Origin: a virus
Length of the DNA stretch: 49,646 nt
IMG/VR virus record: IMGVR_UViG_3300045988_091802
Strand: one strand, 5' to 3'
Position numbers and translations under genes: made by a program. The notes under the pieces were generated by a model. That model saw only the letters and a list, made by a program, of their open reading frames with translations. It did not search any database and had not been told where the DNA came from. Positions within the stretch are counted from its first letter, which is position 1, and each line of letters begins with the position of its first letter. Positions 27,201-36,505 of the stretch are shown piece after piece.

Positions 27201-28430
27201 CTTGAAGTTGAGGGAGAAGAACAGTTAGCGGTATTGAAAGCCGCTCTCAACAAGGAAACGGGAGAAACAAAAAGCGTTGGCGAAGCATTCAAAAGCACGT
27301 TTAGCGATATTGGAAGTAGCGTAAACTTTGTTTCCGGCGCATTTGACAGCGTGGTAAGCGGAATAAAGAACATGGGTATTTCCATGAGCGAGGAAACGCA
27401 AGCGATATTGGGCGACATAAGCGGAATTATGCAAGGGGCTGGGCAGTTGGCGACGGGAATAGCCACCGGCAACCCGTTGGGGATTATTCAAGGCTCTATC
27501 GGTTTGCTTTCTTCCGCCTTTGACTTATTCAACTTCCGGGACAGGAAAGCAGAAAAATCAATAAAACGGCATCAGGAAGCAGTTACTAAGTTGGGGTACG
27601 CCTACAACGCTTTGGAATACGCCGTAGATAACGCTTTGGGCGAAACGGTCTATCAGAACCAAACCGCCATGATTGAGAACCTACGCCAACAGCAGGACGA
27701 AATAAACGGCATGATTAGGGACGAAGAAAGCAAAAAGGACACCGATTGGGGCAGGATTGACGAATGGAAAGAACAATACGCCGAAATAGGGCGGCAGATT
27801 GAAGACATCATAGCCGAGATTACGCAGAGCATTACGCAGACTTCCGCGCCGGAACTTGCCGACCAATTAGCGGACGCGCTTGTAGAAGCGTTCGAGAATG
27901 GGGAAAGCGCGGCTGAATCGTTCGGGGAAGTGGCAAACGACGTGATAAAGAATGCGGTTAAAAACGCATTGGCTTTGCAGTTTTTGGAAGAGCCGCTACA
28001 AAGGGCTATTAAGCAGCTTCAAAAAGATATGGGCTTTGACGAAGAAGGGAACGGAACGTTTGACGGGCTGACCGAAGCGGAGCAAGCAAGGTTTAAGGCG
28101 GCGATACAAGCCGCCGGGCGGAACTTCGAGCAAGCCATGAACATGTACAAAGACCTTTTCGAGCAAATAGAAGACGAAGGTGACCCGACAACCCTAAGCG
28201 GTGCTTACGCTACGGCGAGCCAAGAAAGCATAGACCTGTTAGCCGGACAAACGAATGCGGTAAGGCAGAACCAAGTAACGAGCATAGCACTCATACGCGA
28301 ACAGCTTACCTACCTTGCAAGCATGGACAGAGGTATAAGCGTGATAGCGGAAAGATTGCTACGGATTATAAACAGGCTTTCAACGCCTACCGATGACGGG
28401 TTACGCTCACAGGGCATAACGGACTATTAA
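24213..28430 (+). CDS. Tail tape measure protein
   Basis: 1405 aa, coiled-coil-rich with a central hydrophobic block, in the canonical position. Confidence 0.85.
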   Translation: MNIQGGGLSFDISGTNRELLRVLEESKRAIQQFSTSAVQNGKGIDKAFEATAAVINSGFATIDRIFEENKTALKDLQAQYEELGQKAGKAFTEGRDEEYRAMAAQQATLKSEINLRQQVISEAEKQADALMKEEQELNKQREAAERSARAQQSLETQLRRCREALVAMEAEGKRGTAEFREMQEEAARLAKAWKDATDQSNILAHDQRGMQGLISGLSGLSGGFAAAQGAASLFIGENENLQKVMLKVQSLMSITIGLQQVEQMLNKDSAFRLVTVAKAKDLLTAANVRLAAALHISNTAAAALMATLTLGLSVAITAVIVALTRMQSKQAEAKKQAEEFNNKVAEAAAEPVTAYRMLQAEWLSLTGSLKEREKWVQDNADKFEDLGYSVRNAKEAEELLVTNSAKFVEAMMLRAKATATSELAVEKYKKVIEAQNKLDTTPKAYVSKKGTYTDGYGVQRKGVVLEKSSNWKEAEEELERAEEAYNSLVSQQIKFTQQEKEILASIGNQTGKVVAGSVEAAEKELSRLQELYKKAATDAERADIAKQIAEQQKELNRISYNSGENKSGGKEDADPFAEQLNERKALYSKYLKWVTSSDETVRKAANTEFAALLQEGTSYLDYLENLRNEISSKANKTATDLKNIATLNNEIANATKEAVISDFDAQLQRELSMCQTVSEQLALIERRREELSGDNSDVDNAKSDILDVAEEDTKAKARQETRELLQEYASYVQEKLEFEESYARKRELLSKAAAEASNEQEKKAAEAALAALEKQRKEYESRSGSEQYDQLLTEYQSYQEKQTAILQKYAEQRAEAEKQGNLSMITQINAKEQEELSKLAASRLMATESWNQLFSDLSRLSTRTINKLLEDINNKKITFSTQFNPADLKAINDQLEKARNELESRNPFLALKNSLAELRAAMNAERLLDSDDPFVKSLQDKKQQYEQYAEAVSSTDEILAGAAKTAYADLLKEGSSYIDMLRRKIAELENIKLTVGLEVEGEEQLAVLKAALNKETGETKSVGEAFKSTFSDIGSSVNFVSGAFDSVVSGIKNMGISMSEETQAILGDISGIMQGAGQLATGIATGNPLGIIQGSIGLLSSAFDLFNFRDRKAEKSIKRHQEAVTKLGYAYNALEYAVDNALGETVYQNQTAMIENLRQQQDEINGMIRDEESKKDTDWGRIDEWKEQYAEIGRQIEDIIAEITQSITQTSAPELADQLADALVEAFENGESAAESFGEVANDVIKNAVKNALALQFLEEPLQRAIKQLQKDMGFDEEGNGTFDGLTEAEQARFKAAIQAAGRNFEQAMNMYKDLFEQIEDEGDPTTLSGAYATASQESIDLLAGQTNAVRQNQVTSIALIREQLTYLASMDRGISVIAERLLRIINRLSTPTDDGLRSQGITDY

Positions 28431-28441
28431 AAAGATAAGTT

Positions 28442-28945
28442 ATGGAATTTCAACAGTTAAAAAAGAAACTTGCGGAAGAAGCCAAGGCGAACGGGATTTG
28501 CGAAGAATGGTATAATTACATTCTAAACGCACCCTCCAAAGAACGGCTTTTGACGCTCTTTATAAAGGGATTGGACTTTTGCCTAAAAAACGAATTTACG
28601 GATGAGCTATGGGCGGAGTTCCAAGGAATACGACAGCACTACGGCGTTTTCAAGAACGAGCCTATCAAAGTAACGGACTTGCGCAACGTGGTAGCTTTCG
28701 GAACGTCGGAAGGAACAGCGGAATTTACGGGTTTTCACGTGGCACAGGTATGGGCAAGGGATAACGCGAAAGTCAGTATCAAGGCAACCGGTTACGCTTA
28801 TATCACGGTTGATATAGCAGACCGGGCAACAATAGAGGTAACAGCAAGCGACGCGGCGCGTGTAAGTGTATTCCTTCACGGCGGAAACTACACGGGAAGC
28901 ACGACCGGGAACGCACAGATTAAAGTAATCAATAAACGTAACTAA
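28442..28945 (+). CDS. Hypothetical tail-associated protein
   Basis: 167 aa, between the tape measure and distal tail genes. Confidence 0.5.
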   Translation: MEFQQLKKKLAEEAKANGICEEWYNYILNAPSKERLLTLFIKGLDFCLKNEFTDELWAEFQGIRQHYGVFKNEPIKVTDLRNVVAFGTSEGTAEFTGFHVAQVWARDNAKVSIKATGYAYITVDIADRATIEVTASDAARVSVFLHGGNYTGSTTGNAQIKVINKRN

Positions 28946-28947
28946 TT

Positions 28948-30168
28948 ATGGCATTAGAACAAAATTTGATATTGAACATACCGTTTGACGAAGCCAACGG
29001 CTCGCAAACAGCCTACGACTTCGCACAGAACCGCCATGACGCAACGGTAATAGAAAGCAGTTTTGTAACCGGGAAGCAAGGTAATTGCATCCATTTCGAC
29101 GGCAAAGGACGCGCCGAAATAGATAGTAATATAGTAACGCTTTCGGGAAACTTCACTATCCTCGCATGGCTAAAAAGCATCCTTTTTGAAGACGGCTTTA
29201 CAGGAACGCGGATAGGTTTGTTTTGCAACACAGACCAAACCGAAAACGGCTACCGGGAAGCATGGATAGACATAGAGCCGGGAAGTTGGGGCTACTTTGT
29301 CATACGGAAAGCAGGAAACCAAGTTAGGCTGTACTTAGATACGCAGCTTATAGAAACGGTGGTACTTCCTTCCACGCTAACGGGAATTGCGTTGGTGCAA
29401 GACGTTTATAGTACAGGCTACGGCTTCGGGGATTTGGACGAACTGAAAATATACAATGTTGCGTTAAGTGAAGCCGAAATAGCGGAAGAACTAAACAGCA
29501 TTTCGCAGCTTGAATACTTTTTGAACGGTGTAAACTTCAAAGAGTTTGACCTGCATGTAGAAAGTTCTACCGGAGTGCTTGACCTTCCGAAATTGAAAAC
29601 TCCTGCTTCCGTTGATTGGGCAGACTATCACGGCAAGGTTATAGACTTGACCGCGAAGCGTTACCAAGAAAGGGAAATAACGTTGAACTGTTGGTTAAGG
29701 GCAACCGGAAAGATGGACTTCACGGAGCGCGTAAACAGGCTGTACGAGAATTTCAGACAAGACGGTACGCAGCGGCTTATGATTTCAATACACCCGACCA
29801 AGCCGTTAGTTTTCGAGGTATATTGCGAAGACGGGGTAGCACCCTCGAAGCGTTGGCACGATGACAAGATGATAGGAACTTTCGCTTTGAAGTTGAAAGA
29901 ACCAGACCCGGTAAAACGGGTGGTAAGGCATCAGCGGCTGAACGCTTCTAACGCGGAACTTACGATAGAGCTAAAAAGCGACAAGATGGTTAATATCTAT
30001 TGGGGCGACGGTACGGTAAGTGAAGACATATACGGAGATTGCACCGGGAAAAACGCTTTGAAGCATACATACGCAGAGAACGGAATATATTACGCCATTG
30101 TAGGCGGAGTAATTGAAGAAATAACGGACTTCGATACGAACGGCATTATAGTATGGAACAAATTGTAA
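28948..30168 (+). CDS. Distal tail protein with an N-terminal LamG/concanavalin-like domain
   Basis: LamG-like N-terminus (NCIHFDGKGRAEIDSN...GNFTILAWLK...LDELKIYN). Positioned after the tape measure gene. Confidence 0.55.
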   Translation: MALEQNLILNIPFDEANGSQTAYDFAQNRHDATVIESSFVTGKQGNCIHFDGKGRAEIDSNIVTLSGNFTILAWLKSILFEDGFTGTRIGLFCNTDQTENGYREAWIDIEPGSWGYFVIRKAGNQVRLYLDTQLIETVVLPSTLTGIALVQDVYSTGYGFGDLDELKIYNVALSEAEIAEELNSISQLEYFLNGVNFKEFDLHVESSTGVLDLPKLKTPASVDWADYHGKVIDLTAKRYQEREITLNCWLRATGKMDFTERVNRLYENFRQDGTQRLMISIHPTKPLVFEVYCEDGVAPSKRWHDDKMIGTFALKLKEPDPVKRVVRHQRLNASNAELTIELKSDKMVNIYWGDGTVSEDIYGDCTGKNALKHTYAENGIYYAIVGGVIEEITDFDTNGIIVWNKL

Positions 30169-33100
30169 TTATAAAGGCGGACGGAACGCAAATACCGTTG
30201 TTCAGCCGGAAGAATACAAGTTGCGTAAGCAAGGCGGCACAAAAAACCGCCTTGCTTTCGGAAGACATTGTAAGCATCTCCCTCACTTCCGCTGTTCCGT
30301 TAGATTTGGGCATAGGCGACCATATTCTACTATACGGGAAACCGTACAAGTTTAACCAACTGCCCGAACCGACCAAAGAAGGGGAACGGCGTTATACCTA
30401 CGACTTGAAATTAGAGGGATTGCAGTACGATTTAATCGATGTACACTACCATTTGCCCGAAGACGCATACGGGGAAACCTATTATTCAGACCTTGCAGGG
30501 CATTTGCAGGTTTTGATGTGGAACATAAACCGTATCTATCCGGGCAAGTGGGTTTTGGGCGAATACCCGGAAAACACGGAATACAAGAACATTACCAACT
30601 CCGGGAAAAACTGCCTTCAAGTAGCGCAGGAACTTTGCAACGATTACGGGGTAGAGTTTGAGATAACGACAGACGGAAAGAAACACACGCTCAATTTCAA
30701 AGCGAAAGTAGGAATAACACACGCCTTTACGTTGAAGTACGGGCGCGGATTGGGGCTATACCAACTGCAACGAAAGAACGTGAACAATTCCGGCGTAATA
30801 ACCCGGCTTTACGTTTACGGAGGTACGGAGAATTTGGGGAGCAACTACGGGCATACCCGGCTGTGCCTTCCGGGAACTACGCGCCTTACTTCATTCATTG
30901 AAGACGAAAACGCAATAGCCCTGTACGGCATCAAAGAGGGAGAAAAAGATTATGACATAAAGCCGCAGCGCGTGGGTACGGTTACAGCATTGGGGGCTGA
31001 CGTGATAACCTTTTCCGACAACACGATGTTTGATTTGAACGCGAAAGCGGCGGACGGAAAATCCACGAAATACCTCATAGACGGTACAAGCGCGAAAATA
31101 AAGTTTGAAAGCGGAGGACTTGCAGGTTACGAGTTTGACCTGCACAGCTATGACCACGCTACAAAGACTTTCGTTATAAACAAGTTCCAAGACGAAAACG
31201 GCATGGTATTCCCGTCGGACACTTCGGCAGCTTTCCAAATAGCAGTAGGCGACAAATACAGCATTTCGGACATACAACTGCCGGATGAGTTCATAGAAGC
31301 AGCCGAAAAAGATTTGGAAGAAGAAGGGCGCAAATACCTACCTACGGTAAGCCAGCCGCAAGTAAGCTACAAACTTGAACTTACCGAAGGCTTCTTTATC
31401 AAGATGTGGGGCAAAGAGATTGAAACGGAGGTGCTGCACGTCGGGGACTTTATAAAGGTTGAGGATGAACAGATAGGCGTGAACAAAGCCGTAAGGATTA
31501 CGCAGATTGAGCGCGACCTGTTGAAGCCGCACAGCTACGACATCACGCTGAGCGACACCGTAACCAAAACTACGACCGTGCGCGTTTGGAACGAGTTGCA
31601 GGAGATAGACGAAATTATCAAGATAAACAAACTCGCAGACCCGGCAAAGGCGCGGCGCAGGTGGAAAGCCACGCAGGAGCTTCTAAACATGGTGTTTGAC
31701 CCGGAAGGCGACTATTACAGCGAGAAGATAAAGCCGCTTTCCATTGAAACGCAGATGTTGAGCGTAGGGGCGAAAAGTACCCAGTTCACGCTGCAAAACA
31801 TCATATTTCAACCCAACTACGGAGGGGACGCGAATACACTTTACGTTTCAAACGGTACGCTCGTGCATTACGCGATAGACCCCGAAGGCTTGAAGTATTG
31901 GGCTTTGGAAGGGGCTACTTTTTCCGGGCTTACACCGGCGGCGGCATTTTACCTTTACGCAAGGTGTCCGATAAACGGAGATACGGGAAATATAATACTT
32001 GTTGAAGGAGCAAGAACGGTAGATGAAGAAGCCGGATATTACAATTTCCTTATAGGTGTGCTTAATTCGGTGGTAACGGACGCAGGAGGAAAGAATCCGG
32101 GGCGGCTTGTAAGCCTTACTTATGGGAGCAGCACCGTAAACGGGCGTTTCATCCGTACAGGGCGCATCGAAAGCAGCGGCGGCGGTAAGTGTTACTTCGA
32201 TTTGGATAACGACGAAATAGGCGGCGTTATAAAATTCGTGAAGAACGACGGAACGGTAGTAAACGTTACGGACGTTGATGACAAAGCCAACGAGGTAAAG
32301 GACTATATAAACAATACTTTGCCCGGCATATTGAACGAAATGCAATCGCAGTTAGACGGGCAGATAGAGCAATTTTTTGAAGAATACGACCCGACAACGA
32401 GCAATGCACCGGCAAATAGTTGGAATACCACACAGTTAAAAGATGAGCATTTGGGCGACCTCTTTTATAACACGACTACGGGCAAGGTTTTCCGCTGGGT
32501 AAAAAACGGGAATACTTACAGTTGGCAGGAATTGCAGGACAGCGAAGTAGCACAGGCGTTGGCACTTGCAAACGACGCTTTGAAACTTGCAGGAACGAAA
32601 CGGCGCATATTCGTATCAACGCCTACGACACCCTACGACGTTGGCGACTTGTGGGTACAAGGCAGTACAGGCGACATCATGCGTTGCAGAACCGCGCGAG
32701 CTTCCGGCAGTTACAACGCCGCAGATTGGGTAAAGGCTTGTAAGTACACGGACGATAGCGGACTGACCAACTTTATAAACAACAATTTTAACCCGAAAGT
32801 CAATGACTTGACGAACCAAATAGACGGGAAAATAGAAAGTTGGTTTCAGACTTCCGACCCGGCAAGCGCATGGACTACTACGGCTTTGAAGAAGAAGCAT
32901 GTAGGCGATATGTGGTACAGTTCAACGACCAAGCTATTAAAGAGGTATAGTTCATCTTACGCATGGACTACGATAGAAGACCAAAAAGCCATAGATGCAT
33001 ACGAAGCGGCAAGCAAGGCGCAGGACACGGCGGACGGGAAACGGCGCGTGTTTGTTTCCACGCCGAGACCGCCATACGACATCGGCGACCTTTGGCTCAC

Positions 33101-34166
33101 AGGTGGGAAAACGGACGGACTTTTGAAACGTTGCATAAGGGCAAGGACTTCGGAAAGCTATGTTGCGAACGATTGGGTAGAAGCCGTTTACTACGACAAT
33201 ACACAAACCGTAATAGATGGCGGAATAGTGACAGCCGGAACGGTGCAGCTTGCAGGAAACGACCAAAGCATCAAGGCAGGTATTACAGGAAACGGGACAG
33301 CGGAATCAAGCGTTAGGTTTTGGGCAGGTGCAAGCTACGGAAACCGGACTACCGCGCCTTTCCGGGTATTGCAGGATGGAAGTTTTGTAGCGACTAAGGG
33401 AACTATTACCGGAACTATATACGCAAACGCCGGGACTATCGGCGGCTTTGCCATTGCAAGCGGAAGAATTGGCGTTGCTTCATCTTCGGGAGCTACAAGC
33501 GGCAGCGGATTTTCCTTGCACGGCAGCTTTATAAAGTTCTCGGACTCCTACCGTTGGGCTTCCATTGGTACAAACGTGCTTCCTGCTTCAACGGGAGTTG
33601 TTGGCGTAGGACGTTTTACAAACAGCACGCCAAACTCTTACGGAACAAATTACGGAATACTAATCAACGTTTCCGGCGCAAATACCAACATAGGAATCGT
33701 AAGCAACGGCGCAATAGTGAGCAACAGTTACATCGTAGATTACGGTATAGCCAAGCTAACGCCTTCCGCTAATAATTGCATTATACCGGGAGATGCTACA
33801 AAGCCTACTTTGTTCAAGTTGATGCCGAGGTTTATTTATTCCAATTCGGGAATAGGATTACCACGGCGCGACTCCATTTGTACCGTATTGGGCATTAGCA
33901 ACACAACGGCGTTTGCGGTACGGGTAGTTATCATTTGCGACCGTACAAGCACGCAAACCGGTTACGTTTGTGGTAGAAATACTTTCGTAAAGAACAGTTC
34001 GGGAGGTAACGCAATGAACAGTAACTATTACCCGTATATGATGGATAATAACGGCAACAACAACACCAATAAATGGAATATGGCTAAGGGAGATATACGC
34101 GAGTTCCTTTTAGTTTGGGACGGTAGCAGCAGTTATTATGCGTACTGCCTTAGCGTGAGGGAATAA
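30153..34166 (+). CDS. Tail tip/baseplate hub protein (Tal-like) with an internally duplicated domain
   Basis: 1337 aa. N-terminal region is typical of a siphovirus tail-associated protein. Residues about 768-863 and 918-1011 repeat (...KRR(I/V)FVSTP..PYD(V/I)GDLW...). Confidence 0.7.
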   Translation: MEQIVIIKADGTQIPLFSRKNTSCVSKAAQKTALLSEDIVSISLTSAVPLDLGIGDHILLYGKPYKFNQLPEPTKEGERRYTYDLKLEGLQYDLIDVHYHLPEDAYGETYYSDLAGHLQVLMWNINRIYPGKWVLGEYPENTEYKNITNSGKNCLQVAQELCNDYGVEFEITTDGKKHTLNFKAKVGITHAFTLKYGRGLGLYQLQRKNVNNSGVITRLYVYGGTENLGSNYGHTRLCLPGTTRLTSFIEDENAIALYGIKEGEKDYDIKPQRVGTVTALGADVITFSDNTMFDLNAKAADGKSTKYLIDGTSAKIKFESGGLAGYEFDLHSYDHATKTFVINKFQDENGMVFPSDTSAAFQIAVGDKYSISDIQLPDEFIEAAEKDLEEEGRKYLPTVSQPQVSYKLELTEGFFIKMWGKEIETEVLHVGDFIKVEDEQIGVNKAVRITQIERDLLKPHSYDITLSDTVTKTTTVRVWNELQEIDEIIKINKLADPAKARRRWKATQELLNMVFDPEGDYYSEKIKPLSIETQMLSVGAKSTQFTLQNIIFQPNYGGDANTLYVSNGTLVHYAIDPEGLKYWALEGATFSGLTPAAAFYLYARCPINGDTGNIILVEGARTVDEEAGYYNFLIGVLNSVVTDAGGKNPGRLVSLTYGSSTVNGRFIRTGRIESSGGGKCYFDLDNDEIGGVIKFVKNDGTVVNVTDVDDKANEVKDYINNTLPGILNEMQSQLDGQIEQFFEEYDPTTSNAPANSWNTTQLKDEHLGDLFYNTTTGKVFRWVKNGNTYSWQELQDSEVAQALALANDALKLAGTKRRIFVSTPTTPYDVGDLWVQGSTGDIMRCRTARASGSYNAADWVKACKYTDDSGLTNFINNNFNPKVNDLTNQIDGKIESWFQTSDPASAWTTTALKKKHVGDMWYSSTTKLLKRYSSSYAWTTIEDQKAIDAYEAASKAQDTADGKRRVFVSTPRPPYDIGDLWLTGGKTDGLLKRCIRARTSESYVANDWVEAVYYDNTQTVIDGGIVTAGTVQLAGNDQSIKAGITGNGTAESSVRFWAGASYGNRTTAPFRVLQDGSFVATKGTITGTIYANAGTIGGFAIASGRIGVASSSGATSGSGFSLHGSFIKFSDSYRWASIGTNVLPASTGVVGVGRFTNSTPNSYGTNYGILINVSGANTNIGIVSNGAIVSNSYIVDYGIAKLTPSANNCIIPGDATKPTLFKLMPRFIYSNSGIGLPRRDSICTVLGISNTTAFAVRVVIICDRTSTQTGYVCGRNTFVKNSSGGNAMNSNYYPYMMDNNGNNNTNKWNMAKGDIREFLLVWDGSSSYYAYCLSVRE

Positions 34167-34235
34167 CATAGAAATCACGGCGAAATAAGCGGTAAAAGGT
34201 GGTTTGTACGCCGATTTTCACGGCTTCGGAGTACA

Positions 34236-34293
34236 AACACTTCGCCAACACTTAGCGGACGTATCAACTTAATACTGCTTATTGATATTTTTG
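34236..34293 (+). promoter_or_regulatory. Conserved promoter-type module P3 upstream of the DGR operon
   Basis: Inverted copy of the 19-mer (AACACTTCGCCAACACTT at 34236-34253), GTATCAACTTAATAC at 34261-34275, TATTTTTG at 34286-34293. ATG at 34317. Confidence 0.6.
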
Positions 34294-34316
34294 TAGGACA
34301 TTAAAAAGAAAAAGTT

Positions 34317-34577
34317 ATGCAAAACAGAAACGGCGACTTAGTAAGCGCACAAATTTCGGTAGCCGGAACAGTGGACTTTTCCGGCGGAAACTTCCGAATG
34401 GACACGCCTTTTTGCTTGAAGAACGACGGCGAAACGGCGGTAGTGCTTGAAGTGAACCTTTGGGGAATGCCCGAAGGGGAATTTATAAGCACACGGTTTG
34501 AAACGGGTTGGAATCCCGAAATCATACGAGAGATTAAAAAGACAAGTTCAGCAACCGCCCTTGTTTGGGGCTATTAA
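34317..34577 (+). CDS. Hypothetical protein, first gene of the DGR operon
   Basis: 86-aa ORF directly downstream of P3. Confidence 0.55.
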   Translation: MQNRNGDLVSAQISVAGTVDFSGGNFRMDTPFCLKNDGETAVVLEVNLWGMPEGEFISTRFETGWNPEIIREIKKTSSATALVWGY

Positions 34578-34588
34578 AACATTTGGAT

Positions 34589-35920
34589 ATGGGCATATTT
34601 ATAGGTATTGGCAACACGAAGCCAGCATTTCCCTACGATTACTACTACGGGGTGCAAATCAACGTGAATGTAGCGGACACGGCACTAACGAGAGTTGGGC
34701 GACCGGAATTGCACGTAACGCTGCCGGTGCAGTCATTGATGCGCCGTTGTTTGATTAACGACAGCGGAGAGGTAGTAACATACTTGCACCCGACAGACAG
34801 CACCAAGACCGACACGGGAGCGACGGCAGACCTTACGGGAACTACCGGGCAAGTCATGGTAGAGATACCGAAGCACTACCGCAAATTCGAGTTTGACGGG
34901 ACGATCATAACCGCGCTTATTTCCTTATACAACCTTCCGGGCTTCCACGAAGTGCCGAAAATGTATATCAGTGCATACGAAGCGACCATAGACCGGACGG
35001 CAAGCGAAACGCCGAAACTTGCAAGCGTAGTAAACAAAACCGCAAACTTCCGGGGAGGTAACAACAATTCAGCGTGGGACGGTACATATAGAAGCCTGTT
35101 AGGACTTCCGGCAACACAAACAAGCCTTACCAACTTCCGCAAGTATGCGCGGAACAGGGGAGAAGCCGGGTTTAACGGTTGCGGTTGGAATTGCAACCTA
35201 TACGCCGCGCAAGTGGCTATGTATTGGCTTTACGTCATTGAGTACGCAAACCGCAACTGCCAAGCCGCATACAACGCAGAACCTACAAGCGAAGGGTACA
35301 AACAAGGCGGATTGGGCGACGGCGTTACCACTATAAACAGTGGGAAATGGAACACTTACAACAGCTATTACCCGTTTGTGCCTTGCGGCTTTACAAACAG
35401 TTTGGGAAACCGTACCGGCGTAGTAGAGTTCACGATGCCGGACGAATACGACACGGGGGTAGTAACCAAAGTAAACGTACCTTCATATAGAGGTGTGGAA
35501 AATCCGTTTGGGCATTTGTGGAAGTGGACGGACGGCTGCAAGTGCGAGATACAGAGCGACACGGACGGAGCTTTATCGAAGTTCTACGTTTGCTTAGACC
35601 CTTCCAAGTTCCAAGACAGTAGTTATAACGACTACGATATGCGCGGAGAATTGCCGAGAAAAGAGGGGTACGTTAAGCGCATGATGATAGGCGAATACGG
35701 CGACATCATGCCGACGGAGGTAGGCGCAAGTTCTACGACCCACTTTGCGGACTACTTCTATACCAATATACCGACTTCCGGCGCGGCTATGAGGGGTGTC
35801 TTGTTCGGTGGTGGCGCGTCTAACGGCGCGGGTGCCGGGCTCTCGTGTGCGCGTACGGGTAGCGCGGCTGCGTCTGCGGGTGCGTACTTCGGCTCTCGGC
35901 TTTGCTTTATCCCGGCGTAG
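34589..35920 (+). CDS. DGR variable (target) protein 1, a putative receptor-binding tail fibre with a C-terminal VR
   Basis: The C-terminus ..GVLFGGGASNGAGAGLSCARTGSAAASAGAYFGSRLCFIPA is encoded by VR1. Located after the tail tip genes. I prefer ATG 34589 over the TTG at 34565. Confidence 0.85.
   Translation: MGIFIGIGNTKPAFPYDYYYGVQINVNVADTALTRVGRPELHVTLPVQSLMRRCLINDSGEVVTYLHPTDSTKTDTGATADLTGTTGQVMVEIPKHYRKFEFDGTIITALISLYNLPGFHEVPKMYISAYEATIDRTASETPKLASVVNKTANFRGGNNNSAWDGTYRSLLGLPATQTSLTNFRKYARNRGEAGFNGCGWNCNLYAAQVAMYWLYVIEYANRNCQAAYNAEPTSEGYKQGGLGDGVTTINSGKWNTYNSYYPFVPCGFTNSLGNRTGVVEFTMPDEYDTGVVTKVNVPSYRGVENPFGHLWKWTDGCKCEIQSDTDGALSKFYVCLDPSKFQDSSYNDYDMRGELPRKEGYVKRMMIGEYGDIMPTEVGASSTTHFADYFYTNIPTSGAAMRGVLFGGGASNGAGAGLSCARTGSAAASAGAYFGSRLCFIPA
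35794..35906 (+). repeat. DGR variable repeat VR1, aligned to the full TR
   Basis: Hand alignment of 113 bp to 36393-36505 gives 25 mismatches, all at TR adenines. Confidence 0.9.
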
Positions 35921-35945
35921 CATTACGTCACGAAACGGAAACACG

Positions 35946-35978
35946 CCCCAACCGCCGCGCCATTATTGGCGGTTGGGG
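35946..35978 (+). other. Perfect 11-bp stem hairpin downstream of VR1
   Basis: CCCCAACCGCC - 11 nt - GGCGGTTGGGG, about 40 nt after the end of VR1. Confidence 0.6.
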
Positions 35979-36007
35979 TATAACAGGAACTAAAAACAAA
36001 TTCAGTC

Positions 36008-36367
36008 ATGAACGAAAATAACAATAACCGAAAGGAACAGCAGGAGGATGACGGCAGTCTGTCGTTTTTGGCGATACCGCAAGACGAAGGAAACAAGCAT
36101 TTCAACTGCCGGGAAACAACCCAGCAGAAACTAATCAACCTTACGTTTTGGGTTTGCGACTTCATAGAGGGAGTTAAAACGAAATTCGGCGCGGAACGCT
36201 TCTTAGTTAAGATAAAGAAGAACCGGGATGACAAAGACAGCGAAGCCGAAAAGTTCTTTACCAATTCAAGCGAAATAAAATACGTTTTGAAGGAAATAAA
36301 GAAACGGAACGCTTTCCCTCGCCGGGTTACCATGAGGGCAAGCGGAACGCGCTATTACTTCGAGTGA
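36008..36367 (+). CDS. Candidate DGR accessory protein, in the Avd position but not obviously Avd-like
   Basis: 119 aa, between the target gene and the TR. The basic C-terminus fits. The sequence does not look like a four-helix bundle to me. Confidence 0.45.
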   Translation: MNENNNNRKEQQEDDGSLSFLAIPQDEGNKHFNCRETTQQKLINLTFWVCDFIEGVKTKFGAERFLVKIKKNRDDKDSEAEKFFTNSSEIKYVLKEIKKRNAFPRRVTMRASGTRYYFE

Positions 36368-36392
36368 AAAGTATAACGGTTGTTTGTTCTTC

Positions 36393-36505
36393 GGGTGTCT
36401 TGTTCGGTGGTAACGCGAATAACAGCGCGAATGCCGGGCTCTCGTATGCGAATACGAATAACACGGCTACGAATACGAATGCGAACATCGGCTCTCAGCT
36501 ATACT
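36393..36505 (+). repeat. DGR template repeat (TR)
   Basis: Adenine-rich. In the VR frame it reads GVLFGGNANNSANAGLSYANTNNTATNTNANIGSQ, with 10 AAY codons. It matches VR1, VR2 and VR3. Confidence 0.9.

Noticed and set aside
24057-27491. Many long antisense or alternate-frame ORFs inside the tape measure gene (for example 24057-24665, 24956-25534, 26765-27472)
   Set aside because: They are low-complexity S/A/L-rich translations lying entirely within a 1405-aa gene with clear tape-measure features. These are typical shadow ORFs.
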